Below, one piece after another: positions 13,961 to 27,538 of a stretch of 64,000 bases of DNA (the stretch's first letter is position 1; each line of letters opens with the position of its first letter). The DNA is from Eledone cirrhosa (taxonomy: Eukaryota). Made by a program: the position numbers and the translations under genes. The stretch is from NCBI GenBank assembly GCA_964016885.1, contig OZ024743.1:157480001-157544000 (forward strand), in the 5' to 3' direction. Under the pieces are notes generated by a model. The model saw only the letters and a program-made list of their open reading frames with translations, searched no databases and had not been told where the DNA came from.

Positions 13961-15129
13961 TAATTATATCTCATAAAATAATACAACTGGTTTTTCCACA
14001 TTATACATTTTGTTAGCACCCCAAACACTTAAATTGGGTTTATATTTTAATATAACCTAATGTTTGTTGAGTGAGAGGGTTACCAGTCAGAGTTTAGCTT
14101 TAAACTATCTCTGTTATTGTATTAAATATTTACTCTTGATTGGCCAGAGGTGTTTATTTCCAGGTACCTTATGAATTTGACTTTCCGTATTTTACTGTTG
14201 TGAAATATTGTGGCTTTTTTTGGTTGTAACTTCTCTGTTTTTTAGCCTAGGAAAATATATATATATATGCCTACGTATATAATTACATGCATATGTGTAT
14301 TTATTTTCTTTTATTAATTGAGTTCTTTACACGAGGAACTAATATTGGTTTTGTAATAACTAATTAACCCGCGTGTGTTTTAAATTTTACTCTTAATATT
14401 TCGGCCGGAGAATTATATTCCCATTTGCCCTTTATAGCATAACTTTCTGCATTTACTGCGGTTATGAGAAGCGGTTCTTATTCGGATACAACTTCTGATT
14501 TAGCCTAAGAAAATATCTATATGCGTGTGTAATTTATACAAGCATATATTTATTTTTTTTTATTTTCAATTGAGTTCTTAAACACGTCGGATTGATAATG
14601 TTTTCAAAAAAACTAATTAACCCGCGTGTATATTATTTTTTCCTCATTTCGCGGGTTGTCTCTCCTTCCCGCTTCGTGTCGCTATGATACTTCCTCAGTC
14701 AAAAACTGCTGGAATTTCAAATTTGGCGGTCATTCGAGGTGAGAGAGAGAGCTACTTTACGGACATGATTTTTGACAGCGGTAAGAAATGTGTTTTCTTA
14801 TATCAATATTTAATGGGCTTCCACTGACGATTTATAAGTGCCCACCTAAATATATTCTTACATGAATATATATTAGGCTTCTACATAAACTGGAAACATT
14901 CTCCCAAACTTGTAGAAAACTTATAATGAAACAATTGTTTGGAAAGAGAGATATACTTTAACTTTAATTATATCTCATAAAATAATACAACTGGTTTTTC
15001 CACATTATACATTTTGTTAGCACCCCAAACACTTAAATTGGGTTTATATTTCAATATAACCTAATGTTTGTTGAGTGAGATGGTTACCAGTCAGAGTTTA
15101 GCTTTAAACTATCTCTGTTATTGTATTAA

Positions 15130-15136
<7 letters not shown>
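13961..15136 (+). mobile_element. Non-coding element with 172-bp terminal direct repeats and a hammerhead (retrozyme/PLE-like)
   Basis: 13961-14132 is nearly identical to 14965-15136 (period 1004 bp); (TA)n on both sides; internal diverged duplication 14135-14640; no ORF. Confidence 0.8.
14819..14944 (+). ncRNA. Type I hammerhead with enlarged branched stem II
   Basis: ttcca-CTGACGA-tttataagt...acttataat-GAAA-caattg-TT-tggaa; loop II holds two hairpins (cctaa/ttagg with atatattc/gaatatat, and ttctaca/tgtagaa). Confidence 0.75.
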
Positions 15137-15187
<51 letters not shown>

Positions 15188-15200
15188 TTGTATGTATGTA

Positions 15201-16897
<1,697 letters not shown>

Positions 16898-17752
16898 TAT
16901 ATATATAATATATATATATTGTAATATACATATATATGCATGAATGCACGTATATATGTATATATGCATGTCGAATGCATTTGCCCAAAAAGAAAGACAG
17001 ACAGAGACACAAAGAATCCTACATATCTGTTAGACATGCAGTGACTAACAACAGAATGTTTTAAGTCTGCATGTCTGACATGTATGCGTAACTTGTGAAT
17101 AACAGTTTCAAGGGGTTTTGCTGGCCGTAGTGATCCCTGCCAAACATCTTTTGTAATGTATCGTCTTATTGGCTAATTTCATCGTCTTATTTGTTAAATC
17201 AACCAATGAGAGTAATTATTGCTCATAAGCATCCGCCACTTTGTTTGCACGTTTATTTATCGTTTCGCTTTCGAATCTTCCTCCTGTATTTCGTCGTTTA
17301 TCATGAACATATTTTTCTCGTTTTGCTAAGTTATATTCTTAATTTATATATTTTTAATTCATATTAACAATTTTTTTTTCGTTCGTTATAACATGCTTAT
17401 AATATTGGTTATATCATATTTACTTGTTCGTTTTATGTTAGATTATCTTATTATTCTTATATTAGATTATTTTTATTATTATTATGTTAGACTATTTGTA
17501 TGTAATATTTAATTTTTATTAATTCAACTATAACAATTATTATGTAAAATATATTTATTTAATATTGATTGTTTTTTGTAGTTGTTTATATTAAAAGTCT
17601 GAAAATATTTTTATACATCTTACAATAATATTTACAAGATCATTTATAAAATAACAATTATATAATCTAATTATATTACAACGATAATGTATTATTAATA
17701 TATATCATGTTTAACTAGAGTTATTACAAGCGTTGCCTTAAAAAAATATTAA

Positions 17753-18199
17753 ACTAGACCTGAAAAATACGCAAGCTCAAAAGAGGCACAGAATGTTATA
17801 ATAAACCTTCAAAAGTGTGGGACTAGAGTTGTTGCTCAAAAATATTGTAATCATTATCTATCGTACACTCTGTGGCATCCTTTTATGAAAAAGAGACTCA
17901 TAACGAACTCAAGATGTTACGATAATTATTTAAGTGAATTTATAATATAGAATTCGGTTTAAGTGCATTTCGTATTAATTATTACTAAACATCTAATATG
18001 AGATATTGAACGTTAGCTTAAATAATTATCGTGTCATGTTAGGTTCGTTAAGAGTCTCTTTTTTATAAAAGGATGCCACAGAGTGTACGATAGATAATGA
18101 TTACAATATTTTTTAGCAACAACTCTAGTCCCATACTTTTGAAGGTTTATTATAACATTCTATGGCTCTTTTGAGCTTGCACATTTTTCAGGTCTAGTA
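17753..18199. repeat. Fold-back element with ~180-bp inverted arms ending ACTAG/CTAGT
   Basis: 17753-17935 is the reverse complement of ~18015-18199 with scattered mismatches. Confidence 0.85.
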
Positions 18200-18469
18200 T
18201 ATATATGTAGAATTCGTTGTCTCTCTGTCTCTCTGTCTTTCTTTTCCTCATGCATTCTCAAACGGCTCGACCAAATCAAATAAAATTTTAAACTCCGTGA
18301 TTAACAGCATGTAATTTTTATTTGCATTTGGATGAAAGAATGTAACTCTTTTATCTAAAATAATCTACTATAGACAACTAATTCATAACACGTTGACGTC
18401 ACATTCTGCATATGAGTGTGCATGTGTCTGTGAGTGCGTGTGTGATTGTGCGTTCGTTACACACGTATA

Positions 18470-18548
<79 letters not shown>

Positions 18549-18549
<1 letters not shown>

Positions 18550-18923
18550 GGTTCCATCCATTTTGAGCGAAATTATTTTAAGTGAAACAGTAAGAGAGAA
18601 CAGTAATTTCAGCGAAGAATAATTCCTGAATATTTATTCTTTCTAGAATTAATTTTTTCGATTTTAAACGTTGTGAATTTTTACCTATTTCTAATATAAA
18701 ATGTGACGATTTTTAATAATTTTTTGCTTAGCTGTTGTGAAGGTGTAATTATTTGTACAAAAACATAAATTTCTAGTATATTTTCATTTTTATCAACTTC
18801 GCTCAAAGCGTCTTTAAACACCAGCTTCAGGTTTGCTACTACTGACATCACTCACAACACATAATTTTAACCTCACTCAAAATAACTTCGCTCAACTTGA
18901 CTTCGCTCAGACGACTGGAAACG
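18549..18923. mobile_element. MITE-like element with imperfect TIRs in TA context
   Basis: TTGAGCGAAATTATTTTAAGTGA at the left end matches the reverse complement of TCACTCAAAATAACTTCGCTCAA near the right end. Confidence 0.55.
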
Positions 18924-18979
18924 ATATATATATAAATATGTGTGTGTGTGTATGTGTGTGTATGTGTGTGTGTCTCTGT

Positions 18980-19034
<55 letters not shown>

Positions 19035-19189
19035 TAAATAAATTCTCATATAAATAAACACTCACAGATAGAATTATAGTAAGGAGAATTTTAAAGGAAG
19101 GAAAAAGTTACAATTTTGACACAGCGTATACAACAACTAACACGACAGAACGATTTAATTAAGAACTTATTTCTATCATCTTAATTTGT

Positions 19190-19235
<46 letters not shown>

Positions 19236-19236
19236 T

Positions 19237-19299
<63 letters not shown>

Positions 19300-19311
19300 T
19301 AGATATAGATA

Positions 19312-19524
19312 TGTAAAAGGTGGTAAACAGAAATAACAACACAATCGGTACAGTATATTAAAGTGATATATTAGGTTAACGCAGAAAGATGGTCTTAACG
19401 TTTCGGACGCTAGTCTTCATCAGATGAAAGAATGAGAAATAAGATAGATTGAGGGGATAGGCATGTTGGAATTTGAAAAAATGTCTTTAGATAAAAATAA
19501 CAGGTCCATTCATGTTGGCATCTC
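19312..19524 (-). mobile_element. PLE pLTR-like mini-element with minimal hammerhead core
   Basis: Minus strand CTGATGA-agac tagc gtcc-GAAA-cgt-TA (about 19388-19430); stem I weak; related to 34560-34820. Confidence 0.55.
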
Positions 19525-19548
19525 TTATATATATATATATATATGTGT

Positions 19549-19579
<31 letters not shown>

Positions 19580-19602
19580 GCATGCACACACACACACACA
19601 CG

Positions 19603-19679
<77 letters not shown>

Positions 19680-20601
19680 ACACACACACACACACACTCA
19701 GACACAGTTCCGCAAAATAAAGTGCATAAATACAAAAGTGCAGGCACGAATTGGATGTACCACATGAAGTAATTTCTGAAAGACTCAGAACACCGTCTAA
19801 TATATAGACTCTGCCATAAATATTCTGCCTGGTTGAAGACGTATTTTGGTCTACAATCCTATGAAAGGGGAAATCATCGTTGGTGGAGTTATTTCGTTAT
19901 TTAACTAACTGATAGTAAAAAAAAAACACATTATATTTCAGACACCAGCTCATATTCAATTACGAATGACCGTCGAGAACAAGAGAGAGAGGGAGAAAAA
20001 GAAAGAAGGGGTACCAATGATATACTGATCTCGTTACTTTTTCTTTCTTTTTGTTTTCCAGAATAATTCAGTTGCGGTCAAACACGATGATTGTTGTATT
20101 TCGCCTGTTTTCAGCAACTAAGATATGTCATATGTCAACGTGGTGCCTCTGCTACTCCATCATAATTTAAGATCAGAAGTAAGGAGAAATGTGTAAGTAT
20201 AATGAGAAACAGCGGTAGGTGTAGATTTACTGAAACAACTAAATAAGAAATCAACCAAATTTCAGATATTAGACTATGCTAATATTTTGCTTATGTAGCT
20301 AAACATGGCTGTTTGTATTTATGTATATCATATTCAGTTACATAAATCATGGAAGTAATTGTACTTAATAGTTTATCTAAATAACCAGAGGTATGTGTTC
20401 GTACTCGCGCGCGTATGTGTATGTAATTGTGCGTATATGTCTATGTGTGTGAGCGTTTTACATATAAATACTTCAATTAAAGTGTGCAAAAGATTAGTTT
20501 TATATGCGAAACGTGTGTGTTTGAAGCGTGTTTATGTATAGAGATATGATTTGGTATGTTAATATATATTTCTTTACAAATATATGGACATATATATGCA
20601 C

Positions 20602-20634
<33 letters not shown>

Positions 20635-20638
<4 letters not shown>

Positions 20639-20840
20639 AATGGCTTCTAGAGAAATGGCTTCTACAGGACTAGAACTGTTTCATTCGGAGGAAATCATCA
20701 TAAAGCCCTTTCTGTTGATTTCCTCTGAATGAAACAGTTCTAGTCTTGTAGAAGCCATTTCTATACTAAATTACTTTTACTCTGCTATGTATTGAGTACC
20801 TTACAACTGTGGTTATCCCCAATTTAACCCGGGATCTACA
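20635..20840 (+). mobile_element. Half-hammerhead fold-back mini-element
   Basis: 47-bp inverted arms 20651-20697/20716-20762; right arm carries GAAA-cag...ttg-TA; TATTGAGTAC at 20790-20799; ends in (TA)n. Confidence 0.7.
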
Positions 20841-20844
20841 TATA

Positions 20845-21126
20845 TATATATATAATATAAGATCAAAAGATGGTTAAAGGAGTTCCATATATTTTATTAT
20901 GCGCATTTCAAAAACAAACATCATCAAGCAATAATATTTGTGTTTTCATCAGATAAAACAGGAGAACATGATATGAAGGCTAAAAAAACACTTGTTGATA
21001 GTGCAGTTTTAAATCAACATATGTTGTGATGTTGCTGTTCCACTCATGTTTTCTATTTAATTTTGGTTGTAATTCTTTTATGTTTATTGCCTCTGTGATT
21101 TGTCTAAACATTGCGTCTTGTTTATG
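20845..21126 (-). mobile_element. Penelope-like element 3' end (GIY-YIG C-terminus plus pLTR)
   Basis: FRQITEAINIKELQPKLNRKHEW is typical of PLE endonuclease C-termini; followed by a hammerhead and (TA)n. Confidence 0.8.
20892..20958 (-). ncRNA. Type I hammerhead ribozyme
   Basis: ttttat-CTGATGA-stem II-GAAA-tgcgca-TA-ataaaa; palindromic stem III ATGCGCAT. Confidence 0.85.
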
Positions 21127-21608
21127 AAACAAGAGTGGAACAGCAACATCACAACTTACAATTAAGGACAAAATGAAAACACACACGCACATAGAACAAA
21201 CCTGTAACATGTAAATAAACAAATAAATAAACGAATATAAACACACACAGACACCCGGATGTGGCACATGCGCAGACTGAGCACACAACACACACAGAAA
21301 CAAGATAGCGTAGGACAGAACAAAGGAGAAGCACAAAAACAAAGAAAAGAATCCCCAGTCACTGAAGAGGTCACAGAATGTGTGACGAAAAAACCTTGAC
21401 GATATATAAACAACCATCTGGTTGTGGAACCAACCAACCAGCCGGAAATTTATAAATTCCTAAATTTATAAATTTATTATAATAAATTGAAGTGAAAGCA
21501 ACTGGTGCGTGTGTTTCTTATTGGCAACATGACCCTCCCAAAGTATAACAATATCGGTTTCAACACACGTTTTCAGATAAAGAATTCTGCTAAACAAATT
21601 CAGAAACG
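21127..21608 (+). mobile_element. Second, diverged PLE 3' end in inverted orientation
   Basis: Starts with KQEWNSNITTY (29-bp inverted match to 21023-21051); degenerate hammerhead gtca-CTGAAGA-g gtcaca/tgtgac-GAAA...tgac at 21358-21400; ends at (TA)n. Confidence 0.6.
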
Positions 21609-21626
21609 ATATATATATATATATAT

Positions 21627-21788
<162 letters not shown>

Positions 21789-22221
21789 ATGTATATATAT
21801 GTATTGGGTGGGGACGGTTGATAAGCTACACATAAAGTGAAAAACATGTCCACATATAATTAGTTGTTTCCCTATAGATTGAAAAGAAATTATAAAGAAA
21901 CTCCATCGATGTTTGAGCCTTATTGTCTTTTGATTAGGTGGCTCCCACAGAATCACATAGGGAAATACCAATTAATATATATACGAGAAGGAAGTAGAGT
22001 CGGAGGAGGTAGGAGTAGAGCAAGAGGAGAAGTGGCATAATGGTAATAGATGGGGCTTGTAGGCTGAAGGAGTATTTCTTTTTAAATAGTAAAATTAAAA
22101 ATAAAAGGTAGGTTATGTAGACATAAATAAGCAAATGGTCTCCTCGGACTCAGTGCATACAAACTATCTCTTTCTCTCTCTTTCTCTCTCACTCACTCAC
22201 TCTCTCTCTCTCTCTCTCTCT

Positions 22222-22256
<35 letters not shown>

Positions 22257-22264
22257 TATATATA

Positions 22265-22447
22265 AGCGGTGGATTGGCAGTATCGGTAGAGGGTCTGACG
22301 CCATGCGTTCCAGCATAGTTACGTCCCTTTACGATCTGAGTTCAAATCCCGCCGAGGTTGACTTTGCCTTTCATCCTTACGGGGTCGATAAAATAAAGTA
22401 CCAGTAATGTACTGTGTAATTGCTGGCCTTGTGCCTAAAGTAGAAAC

Positions 22448-22452
<5 letters not shown>
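22265..22452 (+). mobile_element. Octopus-type tRNA-derived SINE
   Basis: A box TGGCAGTATCGG, B box GAGTTCAAATCC, GCCTTTCATCCTTACGGGGTCGATAAAATAAAGTACCAG core, AATTAT tail; about 9 copies in the window. Confidence 0.9.
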
Positions 22453-22511
<59 letters not shown>

Positions 22512-22818
22512 CACATTTTACATGCTAAGTCTATTTATATCTCGTAACATTTTCGGGCATTTATCTCAGCTTTTGACGAAAAACACCCGTGAATTTCCCT
22601 GTCGGTTCTTGGTTTTGTTACCGTTTCGCATGTACATTACCGACAGTGCGGTTCTCCAATATGTTGTGCAAGCTGACATTACAAGTGCGATAACACTTTA
22701 ATAAATGAAATTGCACGCCAGCTAGATGGCTGTCGTTGTATCTAACTGTTTTTCTTTGCGCATTTTCTGCTGTATGTGCGTGCGTGTCTGCATGGGTGTG
22801 TTTGTGTGTGTGTGTATG

Positions 22819-22869
<51 letters not shown>

Positions 22870-22918
22870 ATGTGTGTGTGTGTGTGCGTATGTGTGTGTG
22901 CATGTGTGTGTGTGTGTG

Positions 22919-22965
<47 letters not shown>

Positions 22966-23464
22966 TTATATGTATATATATATGTGTGTGTGTGTGTGTA
23001 TTTTGCGTGTGTATAAAACATTCAGTCGAAATCTGATTATGGTGGAACAATATTACAATATTGTCTTAAATTTATACTGTCCTTACTTCTGTTGACAATT
23101 TTAAAGATAAATATATTTATAGATTATTAACAAAGAATTTCCATCAAGTGAAGATTCTGATTTTGTTAAAGGGAGCTATTAAAGCAAAGACCATCAGTAA
23201 GTGTGTGTCTAATAGCACACAGGCGCCTGAGTATGTGTGTATGTGTGCGTATGCGCCCGTGCATGAATATGAGTGTATGTGTGTGTGAGAGAGAGGTGTC
23301 AATTTTATTATATCTCCTTATAATATATAACCAGCAATTTCTCTTTCTGTCTGTCCGACAGTGGAAACACGTGCGCGCGTGCGAATGTTTTTTGCGCACG
23401 CGTAGAGAGAGAGACTACAAGAGGGGGATAGCAGGAGGGAGAGAGGGGGAATTGAGGAGTGCTA

Positions 23465-23716
23465 CAGAAACATATATACATTTCTGTGTGTGTGTAATAT
23501 ATATATACTTCTGTGTGTGTATATATATATATATATACACACAGAAATATATATACATTTCGGTGTGTGTAATATATATATATATATACACACACAGAAA
23601 TATATATACATTTCTGTGTGTGTAATATATATATATATACACACACAGAAATATATATACATTTCTGTGTGTGTAATATATATATATATACACACACAGA
23701 AATATATATATATTTT

Positions 23717-23757
<41 letters not shown>

Positions 23758-23852
23758 CACAGACAGAAATGTATATATGTTTCTGTTGGTATATATATAT
23801 ATATTACACACACAGAAATGTATATATATATATACACACAGAAATATATATA
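23465..23852. repeat. Minisatellite of palindromic ~48-bp units
   Basis: Repeats of ACACACAGAAAT-ATATATAC-ATTTCTGTGTGT separated by (TA)n; recurs at 24415-24570. Confidence 0.8.
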
Positions 23853-24106
23853 CATCCCTTAGCTACTGTACTGTATCTGTTGCTATCTCTCTCTTTCTCC
23901 AGCTATCCCTCTCTTTTAGTCTGTCTGTTTCTCTCACTCTCACTCTTTGTCTTTGTAACACACTAACATTCCTCCCCTCAATCGCTGTGACGAATGGGGA
24001 GATGGAGGAGGAGGAGGAGGAGGAGGAGGAGGAGAGAGTCACTTCGTCACTTCACCTCTGCCTTTCTTTCTCTCCCCTCTCACTCCCTCATTACGTACAG
24101 ACATTA

Positions 24107-24300
24107 GCGCGGTGGATTGGTAGAATCTGTAGAGAGTCGGACACCTTGCTTCATAGCATGGAGTTACGTCCCTTTACGGTTTGAGTTCAAATACCGCCGA
24201 TGTTAACTTTGCCTTTCATCCTCACGGGGTCGATAAAATAAAGTACCAGTAATGTACTGAGTAATTGCTGGCCTTGTGCCAAAAGTAGAAACAATTATTA
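24107..24300 (+). mobile_element. Octopus-type tRNA SINE
   Basis: High similarity to 22265-22452. Confidence 0.9.
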
Positions 24301-24444
24301 GAAACATTGCTTCATGTTTACATATCTAAGCATTAGTAAAATAACTAATAATTTCAAAAGTAATTTTTCAATTCCAATTGTTATGAACAGCAAAACATTA
24401 ATAATAATTTTGTTCTAAGAAATATATATACATTTCTGTGTGTG

Positions 24445-24489
<45 letters not shown>

Positions 24490-25606
24490 GAAATATATAC
24501 ACATTTCTGTGTGTGTAATATATATATATATATATGTATATACAGACACAGAAATATATGGGCATTTCTCTGTTTGTCTGTCTGTCCTTCCCTAAAACTC
24601 AAATGTAGGTGCTACAGAAATATTACCTTCCCCTTCCTTTCCCCACTTTGGTACTACCAAGAGAAACACTGTCGCTATAGAAACATTACCTTCCCCTCTC
24701 CACTGACTTTGGTCACTGAGGCCGAGGGAATCGCTGGTTGCTATAGAGACATCTTGCACAAGCCAGAAGTAACCAGTTCGAGGCGGTTCGGACATGACAC
24801 CATGCCAAGGACCATTTGAAGATATATTTCCATCGTTATATCATAACGTTTATGTATCATAACGTTTATATTTCCGTCACTAATCTCTTTTTCTCCTTTT
24901 TCGTGTTAACACATATTTATTTCAAAGATTTTACCGTATAGATAACATACATATTTATACATGCATAAAAGACACACCGAGAGACGGTGAACATGTGGTG
25001 CCGAAAACATTTCTCATCCAAATCTCCACAATATCAGTATATACACTAGATTTGCTAGCAGAAAACCGCCCACCGGGTGGTTTTCTGCTAGTCTCTATAT
25101 ATAAAACTGAGGTCGTCTGTCTGTCTACTAAAACGGTCGGGACACATCTCCTCCTAAACCGTAACTTCAAATTTCGGTGATATCGCTACACTTATAGATG
25201 AAGATTCGGCAGAGACATCGGTCAAAAAAATTTCTAATCGACCCACGCAAAGTGCAAAAATCGAATTTGTAATGTATTGATTTTTCAGTTCAAATGTATA
25301 AATAGATATGAGAAACGAGTTATTTCCCTTTTATGGCGTAATTCTGTCTATCTATTTACGTTACGAAAAAATATAATCTAGCTGTCGTCTGTTCGATAGC
25401 GTAGACGTAATTCAATTCGCGCAGAAGTTTTGTTCCAATTTATTGCGGAAATTTTGTAAGTTTAATTTTAATTTTGATACTATTGTGTAGCTTGACCCCC
25501 CGTCTGAACTGTCATGCGGTGGGTCAGCTCATTTTCGCCCCTCCCAAGGGTGAAAAACCTGTTTTTTTTAAATGTTGTTGCATAAAATTTCAATCGTCTG
25601 GGAGAA

Positions 25607-27506
25607 ATGTTAAACGAAGCTAACGAAAATAGTGGTGTGGGGACAGCGGTAAGAGTCGTAAGCTCACACGCTTTAGTCCCCCTTTCCTTCCCAACTAACG
25701 TCATAGAGAAGGAAAGGAAAGATAAAATAAAAACAGACGAATGTGCGGAGAAAAATGTCGACGAAAACACAAATCTGGAGATTGATTCCAACAACAACAA
25801 AAATTGAAAGAATTGCATGACAATATTAATACCACAAAGAAAGAAACAACAACACAAAAATAACATTTGAAAACAACAACATCACAATAGAAAGCAAAAC
25901 AGACGACAAGTCAACACCAATAACATCTCATTTGCACAAACAAAAAATCTTTAACGTACATACCTGAAAATATTTCAGATGTGGCACAAAGAATAAAAAA
26001 CGCCAAACAATTCATGACTCAAGGGGAAATGGACCCTTGTCGGTAAAAATGCCCCAAGAACTCACCAAAGATATTGAAAGTCGGACGGTCGTTTTCCGTA
26101 CCATTAACAACATCTCAAAAAAGCCATAACAACCAACACAAGTAGAAATTAAAGCGGTACTTAGAGAAGCATTTAATGAAGCCACTTTCATAAGAAGAGA
26201 CAGGCTGTATGGAAGCCTGGCCATTATTATGAAGAACGAATCGGCGGCGAAAAAATATGCTTTGTCGCCGATTCGTTCGACAAATTTTACCTTTTATCCA
26301 TCTTATATGGGTAAAAGAACTCAGCGGATATGGCTGGATGCGATGATGCCAGATATGGACTACTGCTGGCTCATAGCTGGCTTCATCGATCCAGCGAATG
26401 ACAACGTGATTTCCATTGGGAAAACCACAGGCAATGCGTTCAGTGGAACAGGTATAGAATTTGTAGTGCAAATGAAGCCTGAACGCATTGCCCAAATACC
26501 CGATAGAATCCTATTAGAGGGCCACGGGTATATAAACTTTAGCGTGGAGGGGAGAAGGCCGTCCTGTCATATATGTGCAGGCAAAGGGCACCTGAAGGCG
26601 GCTTGTCCCCAACTCAACAACAAGAAAACCCTGCTACCAACACCAGCTGCACCACCACCACAACAGATAAACAAACAACAAAACTCAATCCCACCCAACC
26701 CGTCCCTCAGTAAAACTACACCACCACCACAGCACAAACAGACACAACACATTACCCAAAAACAAAACACAGTCCCACCCAACCCCTCACTCAATAAAAC
26801 AACACAACCACCGCAGCCACAACACACAACACAGTCTAACATAATGACATTCATCTCCCCACAAAGAAAACTAACACGGAAACACTACCAGCAAACATGC
26901 CTCTTCCCTCCAACACTGAAGATAACCCAACGAATTCGGAGGAAGAAACGGAGTCCTTCAGACAGATTAAAAGGAAAAAAAGAAAACATGTGCAAAACAC
27001 ACGGCCAAACAGCCCCTACCCAAATGTCAACACAATCCAACAGAACACAAAACACCCCTCCAGCAACAAACAAAACCAAACCTGCCCCTCCGCTCTTCGA
27101 AACACTCACACCATCCGAAAAAAAGACATTACACTATACTTACATCAACAGAAACAATAATAAATTAAATGAACTCATAAACAATAACCCTTCGGTACAA
27201 ACCGAAGGGGTAAACTTTGTTTTTTGATAACACAACCCACAATTAAAATTAATAAAGGTCCCAATGAACCTCTACCAAAAACTAAGAAAGGATTTTAAGG
27301 AGAACGTAGGACCACCCTCTGTCAAACCCATAAACCGCGTCCTCCTAAAAAGCTTTCCCCCTCCCCTTCACCTCCCCAACACAACTCCAAACACCCCAAC
27401 CCCACCACACACTGACGACCCCACACCACCACAAGACACCCCTTCACCCAACACCCCCAACCCCATGGAAGTCGTGCGACCCGAACCCCGGGAAGCAGAA
27501 AGGTAG
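25607..27506 (+). pseudogene. Tx1 ORF1 (gag-like, CCHC knuckle), disrupted
   Basis: CHICAGKGHLKAAC zinc knuckle; P/Q/T-rich linker; stops and frameshifts. Confidence 0.8.
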
Positions 27507-27538
27507 GTTCTACACACTCCTTTGGCTTTGCCGCCCAC

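Larger units (their letters stand above)
23311..25091 (+). mobile_element. Non-autonomous Helitron-like element (copy A1) with nested SINE and minisatellite
   Basis: Shares 5' and internal segments with 35251-35798; ends in a hairpin plus CTAG at 25088-25091. Confidence 0.6.

Noticed and set aside
22265-22360. tRNA gene
   Set aside because: A/B boxes belong to multi-copy SINE heads; no complete cloverleaf.
23465-23852. CRISPR-like palindromic repeat array
   Set aside because: Spacers are just (TA)n, there are no cas genes, and the context is eukaryotic.
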